Shown: positions 25,101 through 36,065 of the stretch, in pieces
Position numbering within the stretch: the first letter of the stretch is position 1
Layout of the letters: each line of letters opens with the position of its first letter
Origin: Macrostomum lignano
Lineage: Eukaryota
NCBI GenBank assembly: GCA_002269645.1
Contig: NIVC01002778.1
Span: forward strand, 77,238 to 141,237
Length of the DNA: 64,000 nucleotides
Direction: 5' to 3'
Program-made: the position numbers and the translations under genes
Notes under the pieces: model-generated
What the model saw: the letters and a program-made list of their open reading frames with translations, nothing else
What the model was told of the DNA's origin: nothing
Database searches by the model: none

Positions 25101-28100
25101 TGAGCAAATCTTCTGGCGGAGAAAACTGCAGCACGAACACGTCCGATCCTGTCTCCCATCGCAGCCCGAGGACTTTTGACGATACGCCATCTTCGCCCAA
25201 GGAGGCGGCTGAATAGCTGGAGGGGTCCTCCGTGATGTCCTTCGTCACCGCCGACAACGCCGGAGCAAGAACATCACTGTCAAGTGTGCTGGCGCGAACC
25301 GCTTTCAATACATTCTTGCTGTTGGACTGCCAGTGTCGCAGATTCATTCCGGCCTGTTGGAATATGTGCCGTGATTTTTGGATGAGATCCAGGGCCTGCT
25401 GTTCATCCACGCACCCAGAGATCAGGTTGTCCACATAGATTTCTTTGGACACCTTATCCACGAACTCTGCATGCTGGCCTCGATGAGATGCCAAGTGGTG
25501 TTGAATGACAGTCTCCAGGACGGCAGGTGAGCAGGTGAGACCGAACACCAGAGCAGCGTAGCGCAGAACAACGAGAGGTGAATCAGCTTGACTGGGATCC
25601 CGTGGCCAGAGGAATCGTAGAGCATCGCGGTCGTCTTCTGCAATTCGGATCTGCAAAAAAGCCTTCTCAATATCGGCAGTCAAGGCGATCGGATGAAGTC
25701 GAAATGCCTGAAGCAGTCGCGGAATCTCGGCCAACGAACAGGTTCCTGTTTCCAGACAGTCATTCAGCGATGGACTGCACTGATCTCGCTTGGCACTCGC
25801 GTCGAAAACCACTCGAACTTTGGTCGATTCAGCTTCAGGACGGATTACGGCTCGGTGGGGTAGGTAGTGGATGAGATCGCTGGTCCCATCTGGAGCTTCT
25901 TCGACTACGCCAGCTTCCTTCTGACTGGTCAGAATGCGATGGTACTCCTGAAGTAGCGCAGGCTCACGACGCAGCCTCGTCAGATTGGTCTTTAGTCTCT
26001 TGAACGCTACCTCGAAGTTGTCGGGCAATCTTAATTCCTTTTTGGGAATCTTCCACGGCAGCTGAACTGAGTAGCGACCCTCTTGGAACTGGGCATTCAG
26101 AGTCAGTGGACGCTGATCAGGCTCGGCTGCACTTCTGATGCCGAGACCTTCTAAAGTCCAGAACGCCTCGATGGTGCTGCTGTCCAGACCTTTCTCCGCT
26201 CCTTGAGCACAGCAGAGAAGAACCTGCTCTGACCTGGTCTCTAGCTCACTTGCGGCGATCCCATCTGACAGTGACCCGCACAGCAACCAACCGAGCTGAC
26301 TGGATACGGCAACTGGACCGGAGCCGACCTCTGAGCGAATCACTTGACCTGTGACGAGGTCGTAGAATTGGTCAGCTCCGATGAGGATACTGATCTCGGG
26401 ATTCTGTTCACCACCGATGTCCCAGTCTGCCATGTCGAGGTGTTGAAAGTGCTTCATGCACAAGCTGCTGACAACTGGCTGATGAGAGCAGATGTAAGGC
26501 ACTGTGTTGGCGCGCACTGTGAACTGGGCGGTGCTGTCAGATTTCCGAAGCTTGAACTCGACCATCGCAGTCTGCAGCACCTTGGCCTCTGTGCCACCGA
26601 ATGTTGTCACCTCCATCGTCTCTCTGCCCATGACCTGGAGCCCCATCTTCTCAGCCAAGCTGGTCAAGATGAACGAACGGTTGCTTGCAGAGTCAAAGAG
26701 AATTCGCACCGGAGTCTCCTGATTGTTAACAGTCGAAATCAGTACAGCTCCCGCTGTTGGAAGGATCACTGTTTGAGCTTTTGTCACCATAGCCATGGTC
26801 TTCACTTCTTGACTCTTCACATTCTGTGCAGCAGCCTGCTCGGACTTCTTCCGGTCTTCTCCCACCTTTCCAAGTGTGGAGCCGGGTGCCTTCGGTCCAT
26901 CCTTACCCTGCAGCTTCTCCATGCGTGCGCTACAGAGACTTGGGTGATGCTTCATCTGGCAGAATTCACATGCTTCTTGTGGTAGCAGGTCTTGACGCTG
27001 TGTCCCTTGCAGAGACAGCTGAAGCAACGCCTCTGCTCCTTCAAAAACTGGAGTCGTGCCGCAACGTCTACCAGGCGAGTGCACTTCTCTGGAGCATGTT
27101 CAGTTTCGCAGAAGGGACAAGCCGTGCTGACCTTTTTGACCTTCGTGTGAAGCGCAGCCACTGTGCCGCCATCCCTTGTCTGTTTCTCACCAGCAGTCTT
27201 GGACGCTCCATTGGAACCGGACGTCTGCCCTGCAGCTCCAACGGCCGCCTCCTCCCGGACTAAAATCTCCATTTCCAAGACCTGAAGAAACTCCGTCACA
27301 GAATCTAAGCCATTGCCATCCCTCATCTGCGACAAGCTGCTACCAAAGGAATAACCGACGGAAGCAATCCGAGCAGTTCTCAGCATCCCGAGACGAACGA
27401 CTTCCGGCAGCTTCGCCAGCAAGTTGGGCAGCAACATGGACTCGTAAGATTCGACACTCACCCCGAGATTCGTCAGACTGCGGACATTTCCATTGACTTG
27501 GTCGTAGAAATTCCTCAGGTGCTGTGCCGACGAACTGGAGCAGGTCAGCACCGAGAACTTTGCCAGGTGCTCGCGCACGGCTCCGTTGCGGGATCCAAAT
27601 CGTCGTTGCAGGTTGTCGATGGCGATATGGTAGTTGTCCTTCGTGATGTTGAGACCAGCGATCGAGTTTCGGGCTTCCCCAGACAGACACGACTGCAGGT
27701 AGCTGAATTTGTCGACGACACTCAGGCTCGGGTTGTCATGGATACTGGAGTTGAAGCGGTCCCAGAATTCCGTCCATTGGGTCCGATCGCCACTGAATGA
27801 CGGTGGCGGCAGTTTTGGCAACCTGATGGCAGTCTGAGTCCTTGTCGTTGAAGAATTCTCTTCCGAAGACTTGGACGAAGTCGTCGTCTGTATGGCTGTA
27901 TTCTGCAGCAGATTTGTTGCCTGCGGCGTGCCGGTCCGCGCGGTCTGAAGCTCCTGGAGCCGTCTGGTGAGGTTTGAGATCAATTTGCCAGCCAGCAAGT
28001 CGTACTCCATTGTCGTCTCTGCTTCAGCCTGCACGTCCTTCTCGTCAACCTCCGCGGCGAGCTCTTCATCTGCTGCTTGGAGCTGCTGCTTCTTGAACCG

Positions 28101-28558
28101 TAGAGCCTCTAGAACGCTGTCGATTTCATCTTCAGCAGCATCTGTTTTGAGCAGGTCTTCGGCTTTCTGTGCCAGTCTGGTGACCGTCGCTCGTAACACG
28201 CCTCTCTTCCTGGAGTCCATGCTGTTGTTGAAAAATCGCTGAGTCACTGTAGCACTCTTGCGCTCACTGCTTGATTTTACTGTGATTTTGGTTCGGGCGC
28301 CATGTTAAAGAAATAATCAAGTCTAATAAATCTGAGGGTTAGACTTTAACAAAAAAACAGGTAAATGAGCCCTGTGGCTAAATTATTGCTTATATTTTAA
28401 ATTAAATCGATGTTCTCTCTCTCCAACTCTCTGACTCAACAACGCCTCACGCACATCAACCCCACCCCAACACACTCTGAGACGGGGACCGCCAAGTGTA
28501 CACTGGCGACGCTACACATAGCAGAGGGTCGGTACGCAGGCACTCCAAATCCAATACA
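22176..28558 (-). mobile_element. Full-length BEL/Pao LTR retrotransposon
   Basis: LTRs 22176-22417 and 28303-28558 (TG..CA), identical except a 14-bp indel; 5-bp TSD gcagc; PBS TGGCGCCCGAAC (tRNA-Lys-like); PPT TTAGGGGGAG; gag with three Cys/His knuckles, protease LFDSAS, RT IYVDNL, RNase H GFCDAS, integrase GLDYCGP; two 1-nt frameshifts (~26975, ~24025). Confidence 0.97.
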
Positions 28559-30471
28559 GCAGCGTTGTCTTTGGTGGGGAAGACGGAGGCTCGTTTGGTA
28601 GCCCGGAGGAACCGGATGAGCCGTGGGATGTTCTCGGGCCGGCAAGCGTCGTCCAGGGACGGGTTGGGCCCGAGGTAGTTGAGCCGGTCTCGGTTGGAGG
28701 CCGGGCAGTAGCAGACGAAGTGCTTGGCGTCTTCGTTTTTGAGGTTGCAAAAGGGGCAGAGTTCGCTCCGGCGAACACATCGGAGGAAACAGTGCCTGGC
28801 AAAGCAACCGTGACCAGACGGACGGTTACCGTCCGTTGATGGCCCAGCAGGTGTGCGGTGGCAGTTGCGGTGGCTGATCATATACATGATCCACCAGGTG
28901 AGGTGCGAGTGGGTTCCTCTAGCACGTAGAGCTCTGTCGAAAGCCTCGAAGAGAACGTTATCGAAGGCTCCAACGATGTCGAGGAAGACAGCAAGAGCGT
29001 AGCCGTTACCTAGAACGGCTTTCTCCAGCATGTCGACCAAGACATGAAGCGCGCTCTCCGTGGACCTGCCTGCCCGAAAGGCGTGCTGGTTCTCACTGAG
29101 CGGCTTGTTCTTCAGTTCCACAGAGAGGAGGCGCCAAAGCACCAGTCTCTCCAACAGCTTCACCAGTGAGGAGGTGAGGCTGACTGGTCTGAAGGATTTA
29201 ATGGACCGGTAGTCCGGTCGGCCGGGCTTGGGGATAAAGACCACCCTGGCCTCGGTCCAGGATTTCGGAACAAAGCCGAGCACAATGCAGGCTTTCAAGA
29301 GCCGGCAAAGGTTCCGCAGGAAACCAGTGCATTTCACCACCTCTCGCAGGAAGGCTGGCACAATGCCATTCGGTCCTGGGGATTTGAAAGGTTTGTAGGA
29401 GACTGCTTTAGTAACGAGGTCCTTCGTAATGATTGAGTCAGCCAGCACGTGTCCACCCACTGAGTGATCAGGGGGGTCGGGCCTGGCTGGCTCGTTCGGG
29501 AAAACGCTGTTATCATTGCCTCCAGTGTTTCTCCTGGGTTCTCAGTGAGCGAGCCGTCGGCTGTCTTTACTGAGGTGAGTTTGGACATTTTGTTGTGTAT
29601 AGACAAAAAGACTAAACGGACTCTAGTTTCTCTCTGCATGTCTATTGTCTAGGGTAGGGTAGCGCAAAGAGCAAGTTTCTGCGTGCGTTCGCTAGAGGCA
29701 ACTATAAGCCGTGAACCGCGGTACTCTAAACAAAGATTCTTCGCCCGCTACTGCGGGCGGGTCTACGTCCGCGCGAGGCAGACTCGGCTGCGCGAATAGC
29801 CTTGTTAGGCTCGGGATCGGGTTGCTGCTGCCGCTTGGCCAGCGGAGCCTGAGCCCCAGCTCCGGGAGCGGCGCGCTTCCCGTCGTTCTTGGCCTCCGTC
29901 TTGCCCTCCTCACAGCGGAGGATGGTCAGTTGGTGGAGACCAAGGTGGAGGTTTGAGCCATGCGGTAGCCGCTTGGCCCATCCCTGCGTCAGGCCGAGGA
30001 TGACGGTGGCCCGGGTCGTGTCCTTGCGGACCGTGTTGTGGTACACAAGACCACTGGCGTCGAGGTCCGGGCGCCGCTTGAGCAGAAGCTGCCGCAGCTG
30101 CTCCCCGGACTTGATTGCACTGTCGGCGGGTACCCAAATCCGATGGCGGATGGCCTTCGGCCGTTCGCTCTCCAGGGCGAAGGTCAGCTGGCCCAGGTCG
30201 CTGTGCCAGTCGAACTTGGGCAGCTGATCCCGCAGGAGCTGGGTGCTCTCCTCGGACTTGCATCACAGTAGGATGCACCCGTTCGCCTAGGTGGACTTGA
30301 CGATGTCCACGAAGACGCCCTCCAGGGTTAGGTTGTGCAGGCCCTCGTCGATGGTGCGTCACGCGACGTCGAGCTGCTCGGATGTTAGGTCGAAATCCCC
30401 ACCGAGGATCATCACAGTGGGTTGAAGTGGCTGCTTGGCCTTGGAGGCGCAGGACTTCGAAGTCGTGTGCG

Positions 30472-30673
30472 TGTTATGAAATAAGCCAAGCCATGATAGT
30501 TGTACTAGCTACGAAAACTCCTACACCCAGAGTCTGGGTAATTAAGCCAATATATATTTTCGAGACACCGATGTACATAGAAGGGCAGTGTACACTGCAT
30601 GAAGTACATTGAACTACAGAGTCGATAGAAAGCGATAGCCCGTACAATAAGTACACACAAGCCTCGCACAACA
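30472..30673. mobile_element. Solo LTR (202 bp) inserted in LINE ORF1
   Basis: AT-richer island with TGTT...AACA termini and near-perfect 5-bp TSD gtgcg/atgcg. Confidence 0.65.
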
Positions 30674-31414
30674 ATGCGGGGCCGCTTTATCCTTGGAAGG
30701 CGGTAGGCTGGCAGGGTTGCCCCCTGAGAGTCCGTGGACACGGCGGTTCCTGACGGTCCAGCCGCGCCGCCAGACTCCCCAGAGGGCTTCCCCGCCGCGG
30801 TGGCTCCCGAGGGCCTCACCGCGGCTTGCCCGCCCTCCGTGGACGCAGCAGCAGCCCGCTTCTCCTGCCGCTTGAGGTTGCGGCGGATGTTTCACCGGCG
30901 CCGGGGCGTTCGGTGGCAGCGTCAGCGGACCCGGTTGGAACAGGTTGAGCGTTGGAGCTACCAGTGGTAGCTGCCGGACAGGCTGATCCTGGTGGGCCAG
31001 TGGCGACCGGGTCAGTTTCATTGAAATAGGTTGTGTGGCCATAGCTGAAAAGCGGGGAGAGGGCTACTCGTTACGCGAGTTGAGTACCCGACTGGCCGAC
31101 ACCTAAGCCAGCTGGTTTGAAAAAGGGACCGCTAGCGACCGGACTGCTCCCCGGCCTTCCAGCCCATTGGCACGGTCAGACACCTTAGACATTAGAGGGT
31201 ACGTTAAGCAGTACCATGGCCTGCGGATTGGCGAGGCAGGACAGCATACCCAATTGTTCGGCCGAAGCCACTGGATGGGTCACCAGCGTCGGAGCCCAGT
31301 CTGTCCAACAGCCCTAGGGTCTGCCTTGAATACTCACGGGGACGTGTGCGAGATCATAGCCCATAGGCCTGGCCTGTCTAATACTTCACTGGCATGCTGA
31401 ATGCGTAAGCCAAA

Positions 31415-31900
31415 GAGACGGGCGCACGATCGTGGCTGCGAGACCAGCGAGAAGCTGGGAATCCTGGGCATCGGACCACGCTATCCCCACGTCCGGCATC
31501 TAAAAGAGCTTCAGGAGCCAATCATGAGCGCTGCATTGGCGTCTGCGGCGACTGAGGCAGACGTTCAGACAATGACACAACAGAAGCGCTAAAGCAACAT
31601 CATCAAGACCTTTAGGCAGCGGTTTGTAGGAATCGGGTACGCCAAGGACATTTATGCCGGCATCCACCTCACCTGCAAGACGGAGCCGTGCCGGTCTGCC
31701 ATCCGCCAAGTCGCGTCCCCGTGTATTTTCGCATCAAGTGCGCATCACACACGATCTGAGAGATACGAACAAGTTCGTAATGCCCGAGAAACGGCTCATA
31801 CGAACTTTTGAAGAGGTCACTGACGAAGTGGCCGATGCGGCATTAACAAGGCGTTCCACCATATCAGCATCCACGACATGCTGACATTCTCGACAATGAA
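31415..31900 (+). mobile_element. Gypsy fragment, same family as 380-2150
   Basis: Colinear nucleotide similarity to ~1433-1860 (e.g. ggcatctaaaagagct, catcaagacctttag, cctgcaagacggagccgtgcc). Confidence 0.8.
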
Positions 31901-33330
31901 GAGTTTCAGCGTCAAGTTGAAGGAAGGCACGGCTCAACCGTTAAATGAAGGAAATGCTCCACAGCAGGTAGGAAAATGCGCATGTTTGACCTTTAAAATA
32001 AGGTGACCTCTTTGGGTACTGTATGATAATTTCAATAATTTGATAACAATTAACACAATTCATCCTGTTGTGTTCTCCGTTTCTTTGATAAATTAGATTG
32101 AAGTCTTGAAAACACAAATTACTTCTAGTTCTAACTCAAAATGAGCTCTCAGCTCTCAGCGCGCTTGTATATTTTCTGCTAGCGTTCGTTAGCTTCAAGC
32201 CCGTACCTGTAAAGTGCATATTCCCCAACATGTCTATGGGAATATTTTACAATAATAAAAATTAAAATGCGCTATGTAGTCATCAGTGCCACAACACATC
32301 CACGGTTCAGATGGCTCACTGGCTTAGGTAGGGCTACACATACATTAACTATCTTACACCATTTTACCCTCGATTTTGAACAAGGAGAACTTCGAAACCG
32401 ACAAACTCCTCTTCAATATTGACACTATGTTTGGGCACTCAAAATCTACAATCAATATTGACAGATCAAGCTTCAATTTTGACAAACTCTGGTTCAATAC
32501 TGACAATACACATTTAGTCAACTTGTCCTTGGAGAAATCGGTAACAAACTAATCCAATGAAAGCCTGAACGGGGCGAAAGTTATCTGTGCAAAATCAGCT
32601 CATTCTGACTTTGCTTTTGGGATCTACAAGTATTGATAAAATTTATTTTTCTCCATCCTCTTACATACAGAGACTAAAATAGCCTGACTGGTTGGGCCGC
32701 AAAGTCCGATTCTATTTTGACAGAGTTGCTTCAAAACCGACACTATGGTTTGTGTACCCCGAAAGTCCGCTTCATTTTTGACAACTGCTATTCAATATTA
32801 GGAACTGTCATGTTGGGAATGGACAGTCAGTTAGGAACTGTCAGGGGACGGTTACGGATGGGCCAGTTAAAGACTGTCAGATCTGAATCTCTAACCTCAT
32901 CGTAGAATTAGGATTCGCATGAATACTAATTCTTTAGAATGGCAGCGGTCTGCACTCCGAATCGTGAAAAATAAAACAAAAAATTCACTGACTCTGAAGT
33001 GCGTAAAATGCTTGAATTCACAATGTTAGACGCGAAGATTCTCAGTATCGTACGCAAGTTGGCAGACATTCGGAGTACAGAAGAGAAAGAATAGCCCAGA
33101 CTGTGGACAATCGAGGCGCACACAACTACAGTGCACAGCGGTCTACGCTCAGCACTGTGACAAATTCGAGCCATTGCTGTGCGCATAGAAAAGAACTTTG
33201 GTACCGCATTTCGGCCCACAGAATCTGCCTGCTTGCAAGGACAAAAAAGAGATGACTAACCAGAGCTGCTGTAGCTGGTACGAGTAGTAAAATTTTTTAA
33301 AGACAAAACGCGTCAGTGCGTTGCGTTGCC

Positions 33331-33336
33331 ATGCAG
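33331..33336 (+). CDS. Otop: Otopetrin-like gene B exon 1 (ATG CAG)
   Basis: gccATGCAG|GTGAGA, phase 0, followed by a 99-bp intron. Confidence 0.55.
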
Positions 33337-33435
33337 GTGAGAAAGTAGGCTGCTTTCCTGTATTAGTATTTTGCATGACGATTCCATGAACTTTGTTTTA
33401 TACATTCTAAGTTTGATGACCATTTATTTTATTAG

Positions 33436-33498
33436 GACGCTCAGGGGTCAGTGCAGCAGCAAGACAGCGAGCAACAACCGCTGCTGCCGGAGAGAAAG
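33436..33498 (+). CDS. Otop: Otopetrin-like gene B exon 2 (DAQGSVQQQDSEQQPLLPERK)
   Basis: tttattag acceptor, aag|GTACAC donor, 63 nt, phase 0/0. Confidence 0.6.
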
Positions 33499-33551
33499 GT
33501 ACACTTAATATCCCCTCAGAAGGTATTTAAAAGATTATATAAAGTGTACCT

Positions 33552-33730
33552 CTGAATAAGTACACCATTGAATGAGTACACCCTTGAATGACTCAGCTGA
33601 ATAAGTACACCATTGAATGAGTACACCCTTGAATGAGTACACCCTTGAATGAGTACAATCTTGAATGAATACACCCTCGAATGCAAGTTCACTTTTGAAT
33701 GAGTACACCCTCGAATGAGTTCACCCCCTA
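33552..33730. repeat. 16-bp intronic minisatellite (tgaatgagtacaccct)
   Basis: Tandem degenerate copies in intron 2 of gene B. Confidence 0.85.
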
Positions 33731-33817
33731 ATGAGTGCAACCCTGAATCCGGGTTGTAAGCAGCGGCAACTACCAGTACTAGCGTATTTGAGTTTTCAAC
33801 TCTGTTTTTCCCCGCAG

Positions 33818-35953
33818 ACAGCCGCATCTGCAGAAATGAGCGTGGTGTGGAAGATCGCGGGCATCGCACTTATTTTTGCACTGGTGTCGTTTGCCTGCGT
33901 TGTGGAGCTGCGAGCCTACGAGCAGAGCCAGAGGGATGTAATCTGCAACGAGGGCGAGTGCCACAGGTCACCAGAGGTCAACAGCACCAGGCACAAGGAG
34001 GTTTGGTTAGCGTGCCTGTCCTCCAGGTGTTTTCTTGCGTCGCTGGCGTTGGTTGCCATGGTAACCCTGGAGTGTGTAGCTCTAAGACATAGAATAGTGG
34101 ATTCTGTGAAAATTGGCAGCGTGCTGATTAAAAATTTCCCATCTTGCGTCAAGGGAACGCCCGAGCTCTGCAGCCTGCCGTCCGATCTCCTCGTCAAGGC
34201 GTTTTTGCTCTTCGCCATCCCGAACTGCCTGTCGATGGGGATCGAGGTCGGCTGCGAGATCGATGAAATCTTGAAACACAAGGAGTGGGAGTCTCACTCC
34301 GCAACCATGATTGCCTGGCGGGTACTGCTGTTCCTCTGTACCATTGTTCAGATCCGACTGGTAGCCAAGTACGCATTCCAGTCCATTCAGCTGAGGCTGG
34401 GACTCTCCTGGATCATCCTGTCCGCCATCATGTCATTCAACATAGCCGTGTGGTTCTCCACCATCGGCCTGGAGGTTCAGGGCATCAACGGCGCAGAGAA
34501 AGTGATTCCGAAAGGCTCCAATTGCGACGAGAACTCGTTGGGTCATTTCAACGAGCTGCTGTACCCGTTTCAAATTGAGTACTGCGTCATGGGCTCTCTG
34601 ATGGCCTTCACGCTGATGTCCAACCTGGGCAGGCTGGCAAATCACCTGCAGAGGCGGCATTTTCCCGATTCAGACGCTGTTGAAAGGAAAATCAAAGAAC
34701 TGCTACAGCCTGCAGAAAGCATGACCACACACCGACAATTCTTGCCCAACTTCGAGGTCATTCGTCAGCATTCGTTAATATTTGTCGCCGAGCTGCTGCT
34801 GCTCATCCTCTCAGTGGCCTGTGTGGCGTTCGTGCGCTTCGACGATCCGAACAACAGCGTCAGAGGCATTGTCTTCAACTTGACGCTGCTGTTGCTGCAC
34901 TGCTTCGGCATGGCGACTCTCCTCATCATGTGTTGCTACATCAGAGGCAACAACAAGCAAAAGATCAGCGCCACGCACTTTCCTGACCGGTTGCTGCTGT
35001 GGCTGGGCACAGCCGCCATCCTGCTGAACAGCGTGTACAGGCTGTGGGGCAACACAAACGTGTTAATTTTGGAGGGCAAAAGAGTTGAGAACACGACCGA
35101 CCACAGTGTGCCGGAGTACCCGATGGTCTTGTGGAACCTGACCGAGGCCAAAAAAATCAGATTGGAACTGCAGATTGGCAACGCAACATCCAACTTGGTT
35201 CAGAGCGCCGCTCAGACCGCTCTGCTGGAGTGGATCCTGATCAGCAGGTTCTCAAACCACAGCAAGCTGACCGAATGGTGCCAACGTCTCCTACGGTTAC
35301 AATCACAACCACGTCAGGACCAACGTCAGGACCAACAACGTCAGGACCAACCACAACGTCAGGACCAACCACGACGTCAGGACCAACCACAACGACGTCA
35401 GGACCAACCACAACGTCAGGACCAACCACAACGTCAGGACCAACCACAACGTCAGGACCAACCACAACGTCAGGACCAACCACAACGTCAGGACCAACCA
35501 CAACGTCAGGACCAAACACAACGACGTCAGGACCAACCACAACGTCAGGACCAACCACAACGTCAGGACCAACCACAACGTCAGGACCAACCACGACGTC
35601 AGGACCAACCACAACGTCAGGACCAACCACGACGTCAGGACCAACCAATTAGTCCCAAAATCTGCGCCCTGCTCAACCTCCTGATGGTGATCAACGGAGC
35701 TGAATGGATTCTGAGCGCCCTGTGCTTCCCGTTCTTCTTTCCTGAGGATCAGAAGGACGCCCTCTCGCTACTGCTGACGCCGCTGCAGGTATTCTACGCG
35801 TTCCACTCGGCCATTTGCATTCACGACTTCAAAGGGCATCTGAAAATGGAGATCGCTGAAGCCGATAACGAGCAAGTCGCAGAGGATCCATTGATTGTTA
35901 ATTTTAAAAACATATTGGGTCAAAACCGATGGCAAACTCCACATGTGTGTTGA
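33818..35953 (+). CDS. Otop: Otopetrin-like proton channel B, terminal exon (711 aa)
   Basis: Strong acceptor tttttccccgcag; colinear with paralog A (VVELRAY, SIQLRLGLSW, LYPFQIEYCVMGSLMAF, WILSALCFPFFF, FYAFHS). Confidence 0.82.
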   Translation, partial: TAASAEMSVVWKIAGIALIFALVSFACVVELRAYEQSQRDVICNEGECHRSPEVNSTRHKEVWLACLSSRCFLASLALVAMVTLECVALRHRIVDSVKIGSVLIKNFPSCVKGTPELCSLPSDLLVKAFLLFAIPNCLSMGIEVGCEIDEILKHKEWESHSATMIAWRVLLFLCTIVQIRLVAKYAFQSIQLRLGLSWIILSAIMSFNIAVWFSTIGLEVQGINGAEKVIPKGSNCDENSLGHFNELLYPFQIEYCVMGSLMAFTLMSNLGRLANHLQRRHFPDSDAVERKIKELLQPAESMTTHRQFLPNFEVIRQHSLIFVAELLLLILSVACVAFVRFDDPNNSVRGIVFNLTLLLLHCFGMATLLIMCCYIRGNNKQKISATHFPDRLLLWLGTAAILLNSVYRLWGNTNVLILEGKRVENTTDHSVPEYPMVLWNLTEAKKIRLELQIGNATSNLVQSAAQTALLEWILISRFSNHSKLTEWCQRLLRLQSQPRQDQRQDQQRQDQPQRQDQPRRQDQPQRRQDQPQRQDQPQRQDQPQRQDQPQRQDQPQRQDQPQRQDQTQRRQDQPQRQDQPQRQDQPQRQDQPRRQDQPQRQDQPRRQDQPISPKICALLNLLMVINGAEWILSALCFPFFFPEDQKDALSLLLTPLQVFYAFHSAICIHDFKGHLKMEIAEADNEQVAEDPLIVNFKNILGQNRWQTPHVC
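35307..35648 (+). repeat. Coding tandem repeat (QDQPQR)n within otopetrin B
   Basis: Units of 12, 15, 18 and 21 nt, all multiples of 3, no stop in the channel frame. Confidence 0.85.
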
Positions 35954-36065
35954 GTATATTGGATGGAGTACTATACTATCCAAATTCCAAAGGAATCGAA
36001 AGTGTGATCAGAATGGTGTCAGGCTTCTTGGACAATTTAGCTTTTTTATAGCTTGTTTTTCTTAA

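Larger units (their letters stand above)
22030..31100 (-). mobile_element. Internally deleted non-LTR retrotransposon (LOA/R1-like LINE), split by a BEL insertion and a solo LTR
   Basis: RT motifs VFIPKPGRPDY..KSFRPVSLTS, ENQHAFRAGRST, VFLDIVGAFDNV (28900-29400); C-terminal CPFC..E..KHF..C; ORF2 end continues across the BEL TSD (KDNAA|DRTGRPP*); ORF1-like GC-rich region 29700-31040; ends approximate. Confidence 0.8.

Noticed and set aside
24016-27084. Programmed ribosomal frameshifts in the BEL element
   Set aside because: No slippery heptamer, the shifts fall inside conserved domains, and BEL/Pao elements normally use one ORF
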